Positions 1 to 14,590 are shown, counted from the first letter of the stretch. The stretch: 64,000 bases of DNA from Paraspadella gotoi (GCA_051294375.1 JBJCIZ010000239.1:232801-296800), one strand, 5' to 3'. Notes: generated by a model from the letters alone, not told the origin. Program-made: numbers and translations.

Positions 1-339
1 GACTTCACAGAAGAGAGATAGCAAATTAAATTTTCGTGTTTTTTTTCTGTTTTTGTTTTTATGCATGTTGATAATAGATTTAGGCGCGGAGACCCGAATC
101 GAGCTCTCTAAGCACAAACAAACTTTCACATTAGCTTAATTTACGCGAAGATAGAAGCCAGATCTCCAGCATCTAAGGGTAGAAGAAATAAACAATGAAA
201 TGAAACATTATTTCGGATTAAGATTTATGTTGGAAAAAGATTTCGGTTTTTACATTATTAAATATTTTAGATGTTGAATTTTATAATCATTTCATTTTCG
301 TCCTTAAAATTTGCAAGATTGTGCAAGAGAAGGAGTGAA

Positions 340-435
<96 letters not shown>

Positions 436-525
436 TAAAAAGGAGCGAAAAGCAGAAGAGGAGGACGATTTGACGTCATAACTATCGTGGGAAAACCATG
501 AGAGAGAGAGAAAGAGAGAGAGAGC

Positions 526-561
<36 letters not shown>

Positions 562-3103
562 AGAGAGAGGAGTGAGAGAGAGAGGAAGAGAGAATTATGG
601 GCCCGCATTCTCTCTCTCTCCTTTCTTTTTCTCTCTTTCTCATTGATTTTGATTTCGAAATACTTTTTTTAATAGACTATACATTTAATTAAGTTAAGTT
701 AAAAGTGTTCATGTAACGTGCGTCATCATATTATTTTCCTCTCGTGCAAACATATTTTTCTTCAATCACTTGAGATTCATCATCGGATATATTTACTCTG
801 CGTCTAAAATCGAAGCGAGATTATAGGAGCAAAAAGTGAAGGGAGCGATCCGAGGAGCTGAAGATTGAAGAGAAAGGTAGCGAACAAGGAGGTTAGATAT
901 TTCTTTAGCTATAGATTTAAAATAGGATGTGGCAGAGGAATGACAAAGGAGTGAAAAACATACAGATGCATAATAATATACACAATGACAAGAATTACCC
1001 CAGTCAAAAATACTGGAGAAATAAATGCAGGAGAAACGGTTAGGTTGTAATAAAAATTTTTTTTTAAGTATGTACAAGAGAACTTCATTAGTTGTTCGAA
1101 CGAATAGAAATATAGAAATATAGCTTGTACTTGTGCTTGTGCTTGCGCTTGGGGAGAGCAAAACAGTTATAGGAGTTAAAATGTGAAACGATAAAGGCGA
1201 CCCACATTNNNNNNNNNNCAAGTCTTCTGGAAAATAAGGTGCAGGTGTGAGTAAACAAAAACGGGTTGGAGCCGAAAGTTTTAGAACAACTTGTAATAAC
1301 TTTAAGTTTAGTTAAAAAAACAAGATTGCACTCGGCCGTGAAAAGTAAATGTGCAATGATATAAATGTGGAGATAAAATGGGTATACTTTTATTTTTTTG
1401 TAAGATATATGTGATAATATAATTAGAGGGGGATTGAAGTCTTGATTATTAATTTATTCATAACTTGAAATTATTTCTGTTTTTTTTTGTTTTTTTTTAT
1501 GCAGTATATAGATTTAAAGGCCGGAGACCCGAATCGAGTCTCTAAGCACAAACAAACTTTCACATTAGCTTAATTTACCGAAGTAGAAGCCAGATCCAGC
1601 ATCTAAGGGTAGAAGAAATAAACAATGAAATGACAACTTATTTCGGATTAAGATTTATGTTGGAAAAAAGATTTCGGATTTTACATTATTTAATATTTTA
1701 GATGTTGAATTTTATATCATTTCATTTTCGTCCTTAAAATTTGCAAGATTGTGCAAGAGGAAGAGTAAGGAAGAGAGAGACAGATGAGAGAGCGAGAGAG
1801 ATGGAGAGACTGAGGAGAGAGAGCAGAGAGGAGAGAGAGAGAGAGCTAAGTTAAAAGTGTTTATGTAACCGTGCGTATCATATTATTTTCCTCTCGTGCA
1901 AACAGATTTTTTTTCATCACTGAGATTCTTTGATTATATTTACTCTGGTCTAAATCGAAGCGAGATTATAGGAGTAAAAAGTGAAGGAGCGATCGAGGAG
2001 CTGATTGAAGAGAAAGAGTAGCGAACAAGGAGGCTTAGAATTTATTTAGATAAAGATTTTTAAAATAGATGTGGCAGAGGAATGAAAAAGGAGTGAAAAA
2101 CATACAGATGCATATAATAATATACACAATGACACAGAATTACCCCAGTCGAAAAATACTGGAGAAATAAATGTAGGAGAAACGGTTAGGTTGTAATAAA
2201 AAATTTTTTTTAAGTATGTACAAGAGAACTTCATTAGTTGTTCGAAACGAATAGAAATATAGAAATATAGCTTGTTACTTGTGCTTTGTGCTTGCGCTTG
2301 GGGGGAGAGCAAAACAGTTATAGAGGTTAAAATGTGAAAACGAAAAGCGACCCATTGGACGAGGAAAAGGAGCAGACAAAACTAAGATACAAGAAATTCT
2401 CTGTGTNNNNNNNNNNNNNNNNNNNNNNNNNNNNNNNNNNNNNNNNNNNNNNNNNNNNNNNNNNNNNNNNNNNNNNNNNNNNNNNNNNNNNNNNNNNNNN
2501 NNNNNNNNNNNNNNNNNNNNNNNNNNNNNNNNNNNNNNNNNNNNNNNNNNNNNNNNNNNNNNNNNNNNNNNNNNNNNNNNNNNNNNNNNNNNNNNNNNNN
2601 NNNNNNNNNNNNNNNNNNNNNNNNNNNNNNNNNNNNNNNNNNNNNNNNNNNNNNNNNNNNNNNNNNNNNNNNNNNNNNNNNNNNNNNNNNNNNNNNNNNN
2701 NNNNNNNNNNNNNNNNNNNNNNNNNNNNNNNNNNNNNNNNNNNNNNNNNNNNNNNNNNNNNNNNNNNNNNNNNNNNNNNNNNNNNNNNNNNNNNNNNNNN
2801 NNNNNNNNNNNNNNNNNNNNNNNNNNNNNNNNNNNNNNNNNNNNNNNNNNNNNNNNNNNNNNNNNNNNNNNNNNNNNNNNNNNNNNNNNNNNNNNNNNNN
2901 NNNNNNNNNNNNNNNNNNNNNNNNNNNNNNNNNNNNNNNNNNNNNNNNNNNNNNNNNNNNNNNNNNNNNNNNNNNNNNNNNNNNNNNNNNNNNNNNNNNN
3001 NNNNNNNNNNNNNNNNNNNNNNNNNNNNNNNNNNNNNNNNNNNNNNNNNNNNNNNNNNNNNNNNNNNNNNNNNNNNNNNNNNNNNNNNNNNNNNNNNNNN
3101 NNN

Positions 3104-3141
<38 letters not shown>

Positions 3142-5590
3142 CATTCGGTTCGTGTCAGCGCTAATGCCGCCTCTTTCCCCGCAATTAAGCTTTTCCATAA
3201 CCTCGGTCTTTTGAGAACGCGCGACGTCGTTTGCTTGGCGTCGGGGGAGGAGAGAATTGGGCGAAGAAATAGAGAAGGGAGAGGATTGGGCNNNNNNNNN
3301 NNNNNNNNNNNNNNNNAATACTCTCCTCTCTAACTTTTCATGCCCCAATCTTCTCCCTTCTCTAATCTTATTTTGCCCAATATACCTCTCCGCTTCTTCT
3401 ATCTTTTGCCCAAGTCCGCTCGCCTCTCTAACTCTTTCTGCCAAATCCCTCCCTATCTTTTGCCAATCCTTCCCTCTCTAACTTTTCTGCCCATCCTCCT
3501 CGCCCTCTCCATTCTTTTTTGCCCAATCCTCTCCCTCTCTAAACTTTGTCTAGCCAATCCTACGTCCTCTCTATCTTTTGTGCCCAATCTCTCCCTTCTC
3601 CTATCTTTCTTCCGCCAATGTTCTCTCCCCCCCGACGCGCAGAGCTCAATCGACGTCAGCCGCCGTTCCTCAAAAAGACCGAGGTTATGGAAAAGCTTAA
3701 TTTGCGGTGGACACAGAGGCGGCTAATAGCGCCTGACACGAACCGTATGAGGGCTCTCTCTCTCCTCTCTCTGCTCTCTCTCTCCTACGTTCTCTCTCTC
3801 TCTCTCTCTCTTCTCTCCTTCTCTCTTCTTCTTTCCCTCTCTCTCTCTCCTTTCACTTTCACTTTTCTGCTCTCGTATTGTTAAGCATTTGGTACTTAGC
3901 GTGGCCATTGGCATACAAAAAGATCCAACGAGCAACCTATCACCAGTAACCATTGCTTTTTTTCCTCTCTCTCTATTCTCTCTCTCTTTTTCTCCTCTCT
4001 CTCTCGCTCTCTACGTCTCTCGTCTCTTCTCTCTGTATGGAACCGTTTGACCATTGGCCAGAGGGACTTGCCCTCTCATGACTTCGATTGCCGACGCACG
4101 GCTCGTTTCGCGTCCACTCAGCTGCCACCCCTGCCTCCCTGCCTCCTCTTACTCTTCTCTCTTCTCTCTCTCTCTCTCTCCTACTCTTCTCTCTCTTTTC
4201 GTCATCTCTCTCTCTCCTCTCTCCTCTCGTCTCTCTCTCCTCTCTCTCGTCCTCCTATTTTCGTCCTCAAGCGCATTTTTGTTTATTACTCTGATTTGGA
4301 TTTTTTAGCTCCGTGACGCATCTTGCTTCGGTAATCTTCGTTTTGTTACTCTTCCTTTTTCTCGTCCAAGTGGGGTCGCCATTTTATCGTCTTCAGCATT
4401 TTAAAACTCCTATAATCCTGTTTTTGCTTCTCCCCAGCGCAACACTAAGCAACAAGTACACACTATATTTCTATATTCTATTCGTGTCGAACAACTAATG
4501 AATGTTCTCTTGTACATTACTTAAAAAAAAATTTTTTATATCACACCTATACCGCTTTCTCCGTGACATTTATTTCTTCCAGTATTTTTGCGACTGGTCG
4601 TAGATTCTTGTCATTGGTGTATATTATTGATGCATCTGTATGTTTTTTCGCTCCTATTTGTCAATTCCTCTGCCACATACTAAGGTTTTAGAAATCTCTA
4701 GCAAAACTAAATATCTAACTCCTGTGTTTCGCTAACCTTTTCTCTTCAATTCAGCTCCCGATCGCTCCTTCACTTTTTGACTTCCTATTAATCTCGCTTC
4801 GATTTTAGACCAGAGTAAATAATAATCGAAGAATCTCATGTGATGAAAAAAAATCTGTTATGCACGGAAGAGGAAAATAATATGAGGTACGACGACGGTT
4901 ACATAAGAAACTACATTTATAACTTCATGCTCTTCTCTCTCTCCTCTCTGCTCTCCTCACGAGGTCTCTCCTCGTCTCTCGGCTCTCGTCTCTGTCTCCT
5001 CTTCATTACTCTTCCTCTTGCCAAATCTTGCAATTATTAAGGACGAGGAAATGAAATGATATAACAAAATTTGCAACACACTAAATGATAAATAATGTAA
5101 AACCGAATCTTTTTTCCAACATATCTTAATCCGAATAAGTTGTCATTTCATTGTTTATTCTCTACCAGCTTAGAATGCTGATCGGCTTCTACTACAATCG
5201 TAGCAGTTGAGAGCTGGGAAAGTCTTGTTTGTGAGCATGTAGAGACCTCGCATCGAGTCTCCTCTTCCGGCCTTTAAATCTAATATACTACGATAACAAA
5301 AAAAAATAAAAAAAAACACGAATAATTTTAAGTTAAATGAAATTATAATAGACTCAATCCCCTAATTATAGTTATTCACATATAATCTTACAAAAAATAA
5401 AAGTATACACATTTAATCTCCACATTGTTATATCATTGCACATATTACCTTTTCACGGCCGAGTGCAATCTTGTTTTTTTATAACTAACTTAAAGTTATT
5501 ACAAGTTTGTCACTAAAGAGACTTTAGGCTCCAACATACCGTTTTTGTTTACTACACACCGCTGCACCCTTATTTTTTCACAGAAGACTA
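1..5590. repeat. Redundant assembly block: 1-1207 repeated directly at 1441-2356 and inverted at ~4290-5590; 3130-3290 inverted at ~3590-3760
   Basis: Block-wise identity with indel noise around N-gaps 1209-1219, 2407-3103 and 3292-3316. Confidence 0.85.
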
Positions 5591-5950
5591 TGACCAGCTC
5601 TACACCAGCGACCTTTCGGTCCCCCCCTCTACTCATCCGAGACAGCCGTCTTTTCGCTTCTCTCGTTTCTCTTCTCCCTTCTCGGTTCTGCTTCTCTGTC
5701 ATCCTCTCTTCTTCTCTTCTCTTCGTCCGTTCTCGTTCTCTCTCTTGCTGTCCTTCCTCTTCTCTCTTATCACTCTGGGCAGAAAAGTTAGAGAGGGAGA
5801 GGATTGGGCAGAAAACATAGGGAAATAGGGTGACTGAGACTGAGTTTTTACGATATTAATCGATTCAGCATTGATTACTAATTTTTTATTATCATTTTTT
5901 AATAATTTAATATTTATCAATGTTTAAACATTCATTCGTCCCGATCAAAG

Positions 5951-6093
5951 GCGACACCTACATCAGCGAAGCTCCGCGGAATCGAACCGTCGCAGCGGGA
6001 AAGACCGTCACGCTACGCTGCTCCGCTAAAGGCGTTCCCAGCAACTTTACCTACAAGTGGTACAAAGACGGCGTTCTTCTCAGACCCGGATTG
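5951..6093 (+). CDS. tutl: Turtle/IGSF9-like gene, exon for N-half of Ig3
   Basis: AAG|GC acceptor and TTG|GTGAGT donor; 143 nt, phase 1 to 0. Encodes (G)DTYISEAPRNRTVAAGKTVTLRCSAKGVPSNFTYKWYKDGVLLRPGL with I-set Ig Cys and W-Y-K-D-G; resembles Turtle Ig3 as recalled (P.N.T...G..V...C.A...P.N.T..W). The related Borderless cannot be excluded. Confidence 0.85.
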
Positions 6094-6302
6094 GTGAGTG
6101 AGAATGATTGATTGTCCAATCGGAATCAACGGTATAGACATAGCGTTTTTCGCAGACCTGGATTGGTTAGTGAGAATGATTGATCGACCCATCAGAATCA
6201 ATGGTATAGACATAGTGTTCTTCGCAGACCTGGATTGGTGAGTGAGAATGATTGATTGTCCAATCAGAATCAACGGTATAGTCATAGCGTTCTTATCAGA
6301 CC
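6058..6302 (+). repeat. 72-bp minisatellite (~3.4 units) containing the exon 3' end and splice donor
   Basis: CAGACC recurs at 6081, 6153, 6225 and 6297; the three full units carry GGATTG|GT(G/T)AGT. Confidence 0.9.
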
Positions 6303-6552
6303 GGGAACCGTTTATTGGTAGGACGTGGGGCGAGCAGTTTAGCCTCCGTTGTACAAATGTCTCAGAGATTTTTATCCAACTGTAGCATTCGCAAATGAGA
6401 GAGAGAGAGAGAGGAGGAGGAGGAGGAGGAGGAGGAGGAGGAGGAGGAAGAGGGGAGCGGGGGTTCACGCTTTTTTTTTGTGTGTGGATCAACAGTGCGG
6501 GCTGTCAGTCTGTTATACCATTTAAACATTCTTCGACATATTATACCCATTG

Positions 6553-6744
6553 ATAGGGAAGACGGGCAGTCGGGGAGTGAATAAACGAGACTGTGGAAGA
6601 GTCTTTGATTAAAAGCTTGCGGGGACCTGCTATGTCATTAACTTGTAAGAGGCGTGGAGGCGTTAACCCAACATAGCCTGTCCAAAGTCCGGGGCAAGAG
6701 AGCGTATTTATTAAATTAATGGATAATATTTATATTGGTTGTAC
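6553..6744. repeat. Unclassified ~190-bp interspersed repeat, copy 1
   Basis: Colinear but diverged match to 60676-60852 (GGGAGTGAATAAAC, AAAGCTTGC, CTTGTAAGAG, TCCAAAGTC.GGGGCAAGA, TATATTGGTTGTAC). Confidence 0.75.
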
Positions 6745-7051
6745 TTCAAAGAGTCAAAAATCCAATTGCTACGTTTATCGTTAAATGATAATAATACAAA
6801 AAAAATCAATAAATCGATGAAACGAATTCTCGACTTCCAATTTACGCTTCGCCTCGTTTGTCCCTTAGGACCTTTTGCGTGAGAAATATTGATTAATCAG
6901 CGATCGTCTTATTTGTTAAATTTTTACTGTTTAAATAAATATTTCTTCGACTACACTTTTTTGTTTCAATGTAAAAAAAAATTTTCATCTTTCTCTGTTT
7001 CGCCTTTGCTTTCTTTCCTTCTCTCTTTCTTTCCTTCTCTCTTTCTGTTTT

Positions 7052-7111
<60 letters not shown>

Positions 7112-7206
7112 TTTTTCTTTCTTTCTATATTATTTTCTTTCTCTCTTTCCCTCTTTCTGGATTTCATTTACTTTACTTTCTTTATTGTTTTCTTTCTTTT
7201 GTTTGT

Positions 7207-10200
7207 TTTTGTTTGGTTAATGAAAAAACCTTTGTCGATGCGTGAACAAATGAATCTCCATGGCGACAACGAAGACGACGACGACCCGACGACCGACGAT
7301 CACATTGAAAGAAAATGTGAACAACAAAAACTGTCAGTGAAACGAATACTTGAAAAAAAAAGGAAGAGGAAAGAAATTTAAAGCGAAAAACTAATGAAGA
7401 AGGAGAGAAGAGATGTAGTGCGATGGAGAAGAGGGTGATGATAAAAAAAAATTTGCATAGGAGAATTAAATAAGGAGAAATAAAAAGAGATAAGAGGAGG
7501 AAAAGGAGAGTCAAGAGAAGGTGATGATAAAAAAAAATAAAAGAGATTGTGAGAAACGTGATTTGGTGCATCCAACGTGTTGCCGCCGCCATTTGACTTT
7601 CTTTCACTTGCTGATCACATTTACTTTTTCCCGCAATTTTGTGATCGTAGGCACGGCTATACGGAATCCGACTTTTATTCTTTATAGTTTTTAGAATTTC
7701 TAAAAGCGGCGCGCGCAGTAACTTTAGATTTGAGGCTTTTTTTCCCCCGTCTTCTCAAAATTGAGCAACCAACGTATAGGCCGAATTTGTGAGCAAGTCC
7801 AACGGAGAAACATACGACTGACCGCACCGACATTAAAAGTGTTTATAGAATTTCTCCGCGATTACTCGCTGGCGCAACTAAAAAACAATGCTTTTTTTTA
7901 TGTAACCAGCAGTCGTCGGGGAAAACATGAATGATTACAAAAAGTCTTGCGACGTTTAACGTCCTAAAAAAACTTTTTAAATATTTTTCTAGATAATGTT
8001 AATATTAAATTAAAAAGATTAATCATCCTTTTTTTAATTTTCGAGAATATAAGCTTTAGAGTTTTTTTATAATTTTTGAGTACTATTTTCTTTGGTTATT
8101 AGTTTGAACTATTATGAACTATAAAAAAATACAAGGTCGGCAGCCTAGATAAATGCACTTAAACATTCCGTGACCCAATCGCCAAAGCAAAAAACAAGGG
8201 AAAGCATAAAAAAGGATATTAAAATATTTTTTTTTTCACACCCACATCCTAGTGTTTTTTTTAACTTTACATTTATAATACATTTTTTTCCTCTTTCCGG
8301 TAACGCGGATTTTCTTAAGCCGTTGGAAAAATAATTGAATTATTCATGGGTTTTTAAAGGAATTAACGGGAAAGAGGAAAGGAGGAAAAAGTAAGGAAAA
8401 GCAGACGGGAGGTTTTCAAATGAAATGAAGTGAGTGGGGGTCCAGAAGGAGGATGGGGGGCAGGGTACAATAGCAGATCAAGGTGGAAAGGCTCGCCGGA
8501 AGTTGCTAACGTCCATCTGCGGATATGTTTGTTCAAAGTTAGTACTAAGCCGTAAACCACGCATTTCTCGTTTTTTTTGATTTTTCGCGAATTTTTTACA
8601 AGAAAGTAACCGTTTTATCAAGAAGCAAACAAAAAAAACCAAAAAAAAAAACACGAAAGAAAAAAAACAAACAAATCAACGAACAAACAAATGGAAACTT
8701 AAAGATTAAACATATCGCTCCATTCCAGTGCGAAGTGACTTTCTCAGCCCAAATATTTATGACACGCGGCCTGCATCGCAAATTACCGTCTTTTATTCTT
8801 TAAAGTTTAAGATTTCGCGAAGTCGGCGCTAGACAGTCACTTAATCTCAGGTTTGTTTTTTTTTTGCCTGCTCTTAACAAATGCAGCAACCCAACTTATG
8901 AGAGAGTTAGAGCATTTAACCTAAAGTGGGCACAGACCCGACGGACGACATACCTGACCGACGGACGACGAAAGGTGAAAATTATATAAAATTTAATTAT
9001 TTTAATATATCTTATTACCTAATATAATAAACAAAGAAACATTATAAAATCACCTGAAGCCACTTCGAGTTGAGCTGAGAAGAGACCCGCTTTCCAAATC
9101 GTCACGGTTTTTTTCGGAGCGTGAGGAGTCGCGCCACCTGATAGAGAAGTTTTCGCGCATTTGAGCGGGCATTTAGCGGCATTCGTCACGGCATTTCCCT
9201 TTTTTTTTATTATTCCTTTTCCTTTCCTACTTTTTGTGTGGATTAATATCTTTTTTTATTCACTTATATTCCTATCCTCTCTTTTTTTACCTTTCTCCTT
9301 TCATCTCTTTCTCCCGTTGGCCTCTTCTCATCTTTTATTTTCATAATCGTCTTCTTTATTTTTTTAATTTCTACTCCTTTTCCTTTCCTTTCCATTTTCC
9401 TATACTTTTCCTATTTCTCATTGGCTTTGCTTTCCTTTCCTCCTTTTTCCTATCCTCATTGCTTCTGCCTTTCCTCTTCCTTTCCTATTCCTCATTGGCT
9501 TTGCTTTCCTTTCCTCGTTTCCTATTCTCATTGGCTTTTGCTTTTCATTTCCTCCCATTTCTCTTCTTTTTTCTCTACCCATCTGCTCACGTTCGATGAT
9601 AAGGCGCGTGAGTGACGTCAGAACATTTTCACGTGATTCACGATGCGGCAAATGTAGACTCCGGCATCTTCCGCGCTCGGAAGGCGATCGATAGTGCCGC
9701 ATGAGTTCCTCCTCTTTTCCGAACTCGTTCGACTGGGAGATTGAGGGGTGTTGAAGAAGGGGTGCGCTAGGGGATGGTAGAAGAGGGATGAGTGGAGTGT
9801 TGTAGAAGGGGCGCCAGGGGTGTAGAAGAGGAGCGAGGGGTTAGAAGACGGGCAGGTGGCGTGTGCTTAAAGGGGCACATGCGGTGTAGAAAAAGGCGGC
9901 GTAGGTGTAATAAAGAGAGATCGTATGCGGTGTAGAAGATGGGCGCAGGATTTAGAAAACGGTCGAGCATGCGGTCCGCAGGGGTGTAGAAAGAGGGGCG
10001 CAGGGAGTAGAAGAGGGGTCACTGTCAAAAAAAAATACGGTAATTTTTGTGTGTTACGATAATTGTTATCGCTTTTTGTTTTTCTTTTGTTTCGCTTTTG
10101 TTTTGCTTTTGTTTATCGCTTTGTTTTGCTTTTTTAGTTGCTAGTTTCGTGTCAAACCGATAATAGATCGATTCTCTCATTTCTTCGACCCGGAGCCATC

Positions 10201-12835
10201 CAGTAAACTTTGCTCTTGCTTTACTACTTAGCCGCAATTTTGTATGTTTCTAAATAATGTTTTTTCTTTTTTCTTATTGTCGAACGTGAGGGTACTTAAT
10301 TTCTTCCTTTCCCCTTCCAGCTTTAATGGAGTTAATGCTCCTCATGTCTCCTGTCCTTATTTATAAACAGTCAATCTCGACCTCCTTACCCTCTTCAATG
10401 GAGTATTGCTTTCTCATGCTCCTGTTCCTTTATTTATTAACCCAGTCAATTCCGCATCTTTAACCTCTTAATGGAGTAATTTCTCTCATGCTCACTGTCC
10501 TTTTATTTTATAACCATCAATCGACTCATTATCTTTAATGGATAATTCTCCTCATGCTCCTGTCCTTTATTTATAACAGTCATCCTGACTCCTTACCTCT
10601 TTAATGGAGTTAATTGCTTTCCTCATGTTCCTGTGTATTTATTTATTAACTAGTCAATCCCTCGACTCCTTACCTCTTCAATGGAGTAATTTCTCTTCAT
10701 GCTTCTGCTTTATTTTAATAACAGGTCAATCCCGACTCTTTACCTCTTTAATTGAGTATTTGCTCCTGTCACTAACCCAATCAATCCGACTCCAAAGTAC
10801 CGTCTTTATGGAGCTAATTGCTCCTATCCTGAACCGCAGTCGATCTTGAAGCCGATGTGTGAAGCAATGCTCTGGCTTCGCAGCGCATTGACGACCGACT
10901 CGATTCCATGGTGACTTGAAGAACCGCGCGGCCTCACTGGGAAGCAACTCGGCGGAAGTCCTGGAGTGAGAGGGAGAGGGAGAGAGAAGAGAGATGAGAG
11001 AGAGAGAGAGGGGGGGAGGAGGAAGGATTTTTGTTCAAGTATGGTCGTCAATGAAAGGGATTGTCAACAATCCGTACGTGGTCATCTTCGTCGTCTCGTC
11101 GTCGACGTTCATCCTTATTATCTTATACTCTGTTAGTTCCTGCACGGGTCATCTTTTAATCTGAAGAGAACCGAGGGATTTTTTCCCCGGTATGTTATCA
11201 GTTGTTGTCGTTCGTTGTTGTTGTCATTAAAGAAGAAGCATTCAATTCAGTCATTAATTCATTCATTTCATCATTTATTTATTCAATTCATTTATTTAAT
11301 TCGTTTATTAAGACGGTTCATTCATATATTCATTCATTCATGCATCCTTTTCATAATTAATTCATTGTGATAATTTCTTTTCTTTTTCGTTGCGTTTGGG
11401 ATATAGAGAAATTACAACTTCGTTGCTGCCATCACAATTTATACTTTTTCCTTATATTAATTCATTTAATTCGTTTATTTATCCATTCTATCATTAAAAC
11501 TGTTTCTCAATTAATTTCATTCAGTCAAATATGTATTCATTATTTATTATCGTATCATTTATTTATTCGTTTATTAATATTTCATATTCATCCATATCAT
11601 GTATCATTTCATTCATGAATTCTTTAATAATTAATTCATTAAATTCGTTTATTATGTTCATTAACTAGTTTTTCAATATTTATTCAGTCAAATATCTATC
11701 CGTTGTATTTTATTCGTTAAATATCACTACTAATACCCCATCAATTCCAACCTCCATCACACACCCACATCCCTAACTCCTCACTCATCTTGACGGAGAC
11801 TTTGATGGGGCTGGAGAGCTGACCCGGCCCCAGACGAGTGAACGGTTGGAGCCGGTAGTCGCCAGCGTCGCTCTTGGACGCGGAGTATCTCCAGCTTGGT
11901 GCTGAGCAGGAGTCGATGATGTAGCGAGAGACTGATGGAGGTGGAGCAAAAGGAGAGAGGAGGATGGTGAAAGGACTTGGCTCGGAATCCTCTCCCTAAA
12001 TCGGAATTTTTTTTTTCCAGAACGTCCTCATTTAACTGAATACGGCGGAATTGGTTAATTTTTTTTAAAGACTATAGTTAAAGGTTAGGGATGTAGCGGT
12101 TAATAATTTTGCTTAATGATTAAGCTTCAGGGACTTGGTTTGTGATTAGCGGTTAATGATTTGGTTAATGATTAAGCGTTAGGGACTTGGTTTGTATATA
12201 GCGGTTAATGATTTAGTTAATGATTAAGGTTTAGGCGACTTGGTTTGTATTAGGGGATAGGGATTAATATTTAGGGTTTTAAAGCGTTAGGGTTTAAAAA
12301 AATTAGGGATAGGAGTTTTTGGGTTATTGGGGTTCCGGGATTAGTTTATAAGTTTAAAGAATATATTTAAGCTACTAAAATAATATCTGGGAAAAAGAAT
12401 TACATCTTTGTCGACTGGAATCTGTATTCGTTTTTTTAATCTGTGATTTAATTATACTTTTATATTTAACTAATTTCCTCGATAAATTCGAGTAATTTTG
12501 GCACTTTCATCTGTCTATGCGGAAAAGGGTCGCTGTTTTTTGGCGTTTCCCTCCTCCTTCTCTTTCTATCTTCTTTCTCTCCTTCTGGGTTTGGAAAAAA
12601 AATATTCCTTTTCTATTGATATAATTTAAAATCGTCGCCAAAGTACTATTTTTTGCATAATTATTCTTGTATTTTTTTGTTTTTGCTTTTGTTTTGTTGT
12701 TTTTGTTTTGTATTCTTATTTCATTTGTATTTTAACCTTTATTTCTTGGTTCCTTCTTCACATTCGCTTCTTTTTTATTTTTTTTCTTCGTCTGCCTCAG
12801 CCAATCCGCTTTCCAATCTCATTCACTCACTTTTC

Positions 12836-12897
<62 letters not shown>

Positions 12898-13169
12898 TTT
12901 TTCCTTCGTTTCCTGATTTGCTTACCTTTGCCTTAAAATTTCTCAGCCCTTCAGCCTGGATTTTCTGCTTTTCATCACTGGCCGAAAGGGAAGGAGAGAG
13001 AGAGAGAGAGTTAGAGAAAGACAAAGAGAAAGAAAGAGAGAGAGAAGCCTCTTTTTCGTTCTTCGTTTCCATTTCTCAGAAATTCTCTTTTCTCTTCAGA
13101 TTTCTCGTCTCTTTCATCTTCATTTTTTTTTCGGCTTTTTTATTGTTACGGCCCTTCGTCTCTCTCTCG

Positions 13170-13202
<33 letters not shown>

Positions 13203-13220
13203 ATCTCTTCTCTATCTCTC

Positions 13221-13271
<51 letters not shown>

Positions 13272-13419
13272 ATCCTCTCTCACTCTCTCTATCTCTTCAC
13301 TCTCTCTCTCGTCTCTTCTATATATATATATCTATCTCTCTCTTTCTTTTCTTCCTCTCTCTCTCTCTTCTTTCTATATATATATATATCTATCTCTCTC
13401 TTTCTCTCTCTTTCTCTTA

Positions 13420-13458
<39 letters not shown>

Positions 13459-14353
13459 ACTCTCTCTCTCTCTTTCTCTCTCTCTCTCCTCTCTCTCTCT
13501 CTCTACTCTCTTGTTTTAGTCTAAATGTAGATTTTAAATTCAAAACTTTTTTTTTCGTAGCATAAAAACGTTCGATCTAACTAATGAATTTTTTTTTTTT
13601 TTTAAATTGTACAATTTTGGTTTTTCTTATGAACCTCGACATATTAGTCATTAGTCAACCCTGTAAACCTTATTCGTAAAAATCATATTTTCATTCAATT
13701 TGTTTCTCCCCATTTGGCAACTTCCTTATTTTTAGTTGCGCGCGCGAGTACTCCAGGGAGCAACTCTTTATGTCACTTTTCAGTCGTCGTGTCGGTCGGT
13801 CTATCTCCACTTATTTGTTTAAAATACATATTTTCGACTATAGTTGGTTGGTTTGTTCTGGACTACTAGCGCCACCTTCAGAAAATCCTAAAACTATAAG
13901 GAATAAAGACGGAATTTTGATGCAGTGAATGTCATAAATACAAGGGCTAAGAAAGTTTTTTTTAGTCATGTTATAACATGTCATATCCTGGTATCAAAGG
14001 GAAATACACGTGAAAATAAAGTCACATTGGAATCACCGTTCTTGTTTGTTTTTTTTCTATATTAACTTCGTTTCCTTTCACCTTCTAAAACGCGTTTTCC
14101 TAAAAAAAAAAATCCCTTTACCCGTGGGACCGTTCTCACACTCTCTTTCTCTTCTCTCTCGCTCATCGTTTTTTTTTTCTCTCTCTCTCTCTCCCTCTCT
14201 ATCTTCTCTCCCCCGCCCACTTTGGAGGGTTAGCCTTTCAAATCCTCGGAAAATCCTTTTAGAGAGGAAAACCCGATATGAAGTGGCTCATAGATAACAT
14301 TACCGTCGCGATGTTTATCTCTATTCTCCGCCCAGAATATTCGCGGGGTGACG

Positions 14354-14435
<82 letters not shown>

Positions 14436-14590
14436 CTTTTATTTTGGCAGTTTTTTTACTCTGGTATTTTGGATTTTGAAGTTGTTTTTTGTTTTTTTTA
14501 TCTCTTTCTTTTCTCACCAGTTTTTTTCTAAGCATTTGTTTTTTTTAAGCCTCTTTCTGTTTTTTTTTTTCTTTTTTTTTCTTTCTTTTT
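7207..14590 (-). repeat. Inverted, indel-rich duplicate of ~17930-25038
   Basis: Reverse complement matches block by block, with frameshifted exon copies at ~11788-11940, 10801-10959, 9591-9733 and 9054-9137. Confidence 0.92.

Noticed and set aside
3120-4140. Upstream Ig1/Ig2 exons of the Turtle-like gene
   Set aside because: The GC-rich islands show no Ig Cys/Trp motifs in any frame I could read; sequence is too noisy.
9054-11940. Antisense paralog or Dscam-like alternative exon cluster
   Set aside because: The copies equal the main exons apart from random indels and include the introns, consistent with redundant noisy assembly.
12653-13565. SLSL/ERER and Phe-rich membrane-like ORFs here and throughout the window
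   Set aside because: Products of (TC)n, (TTTC)n and T-runs; several others simply run through N-gaps.
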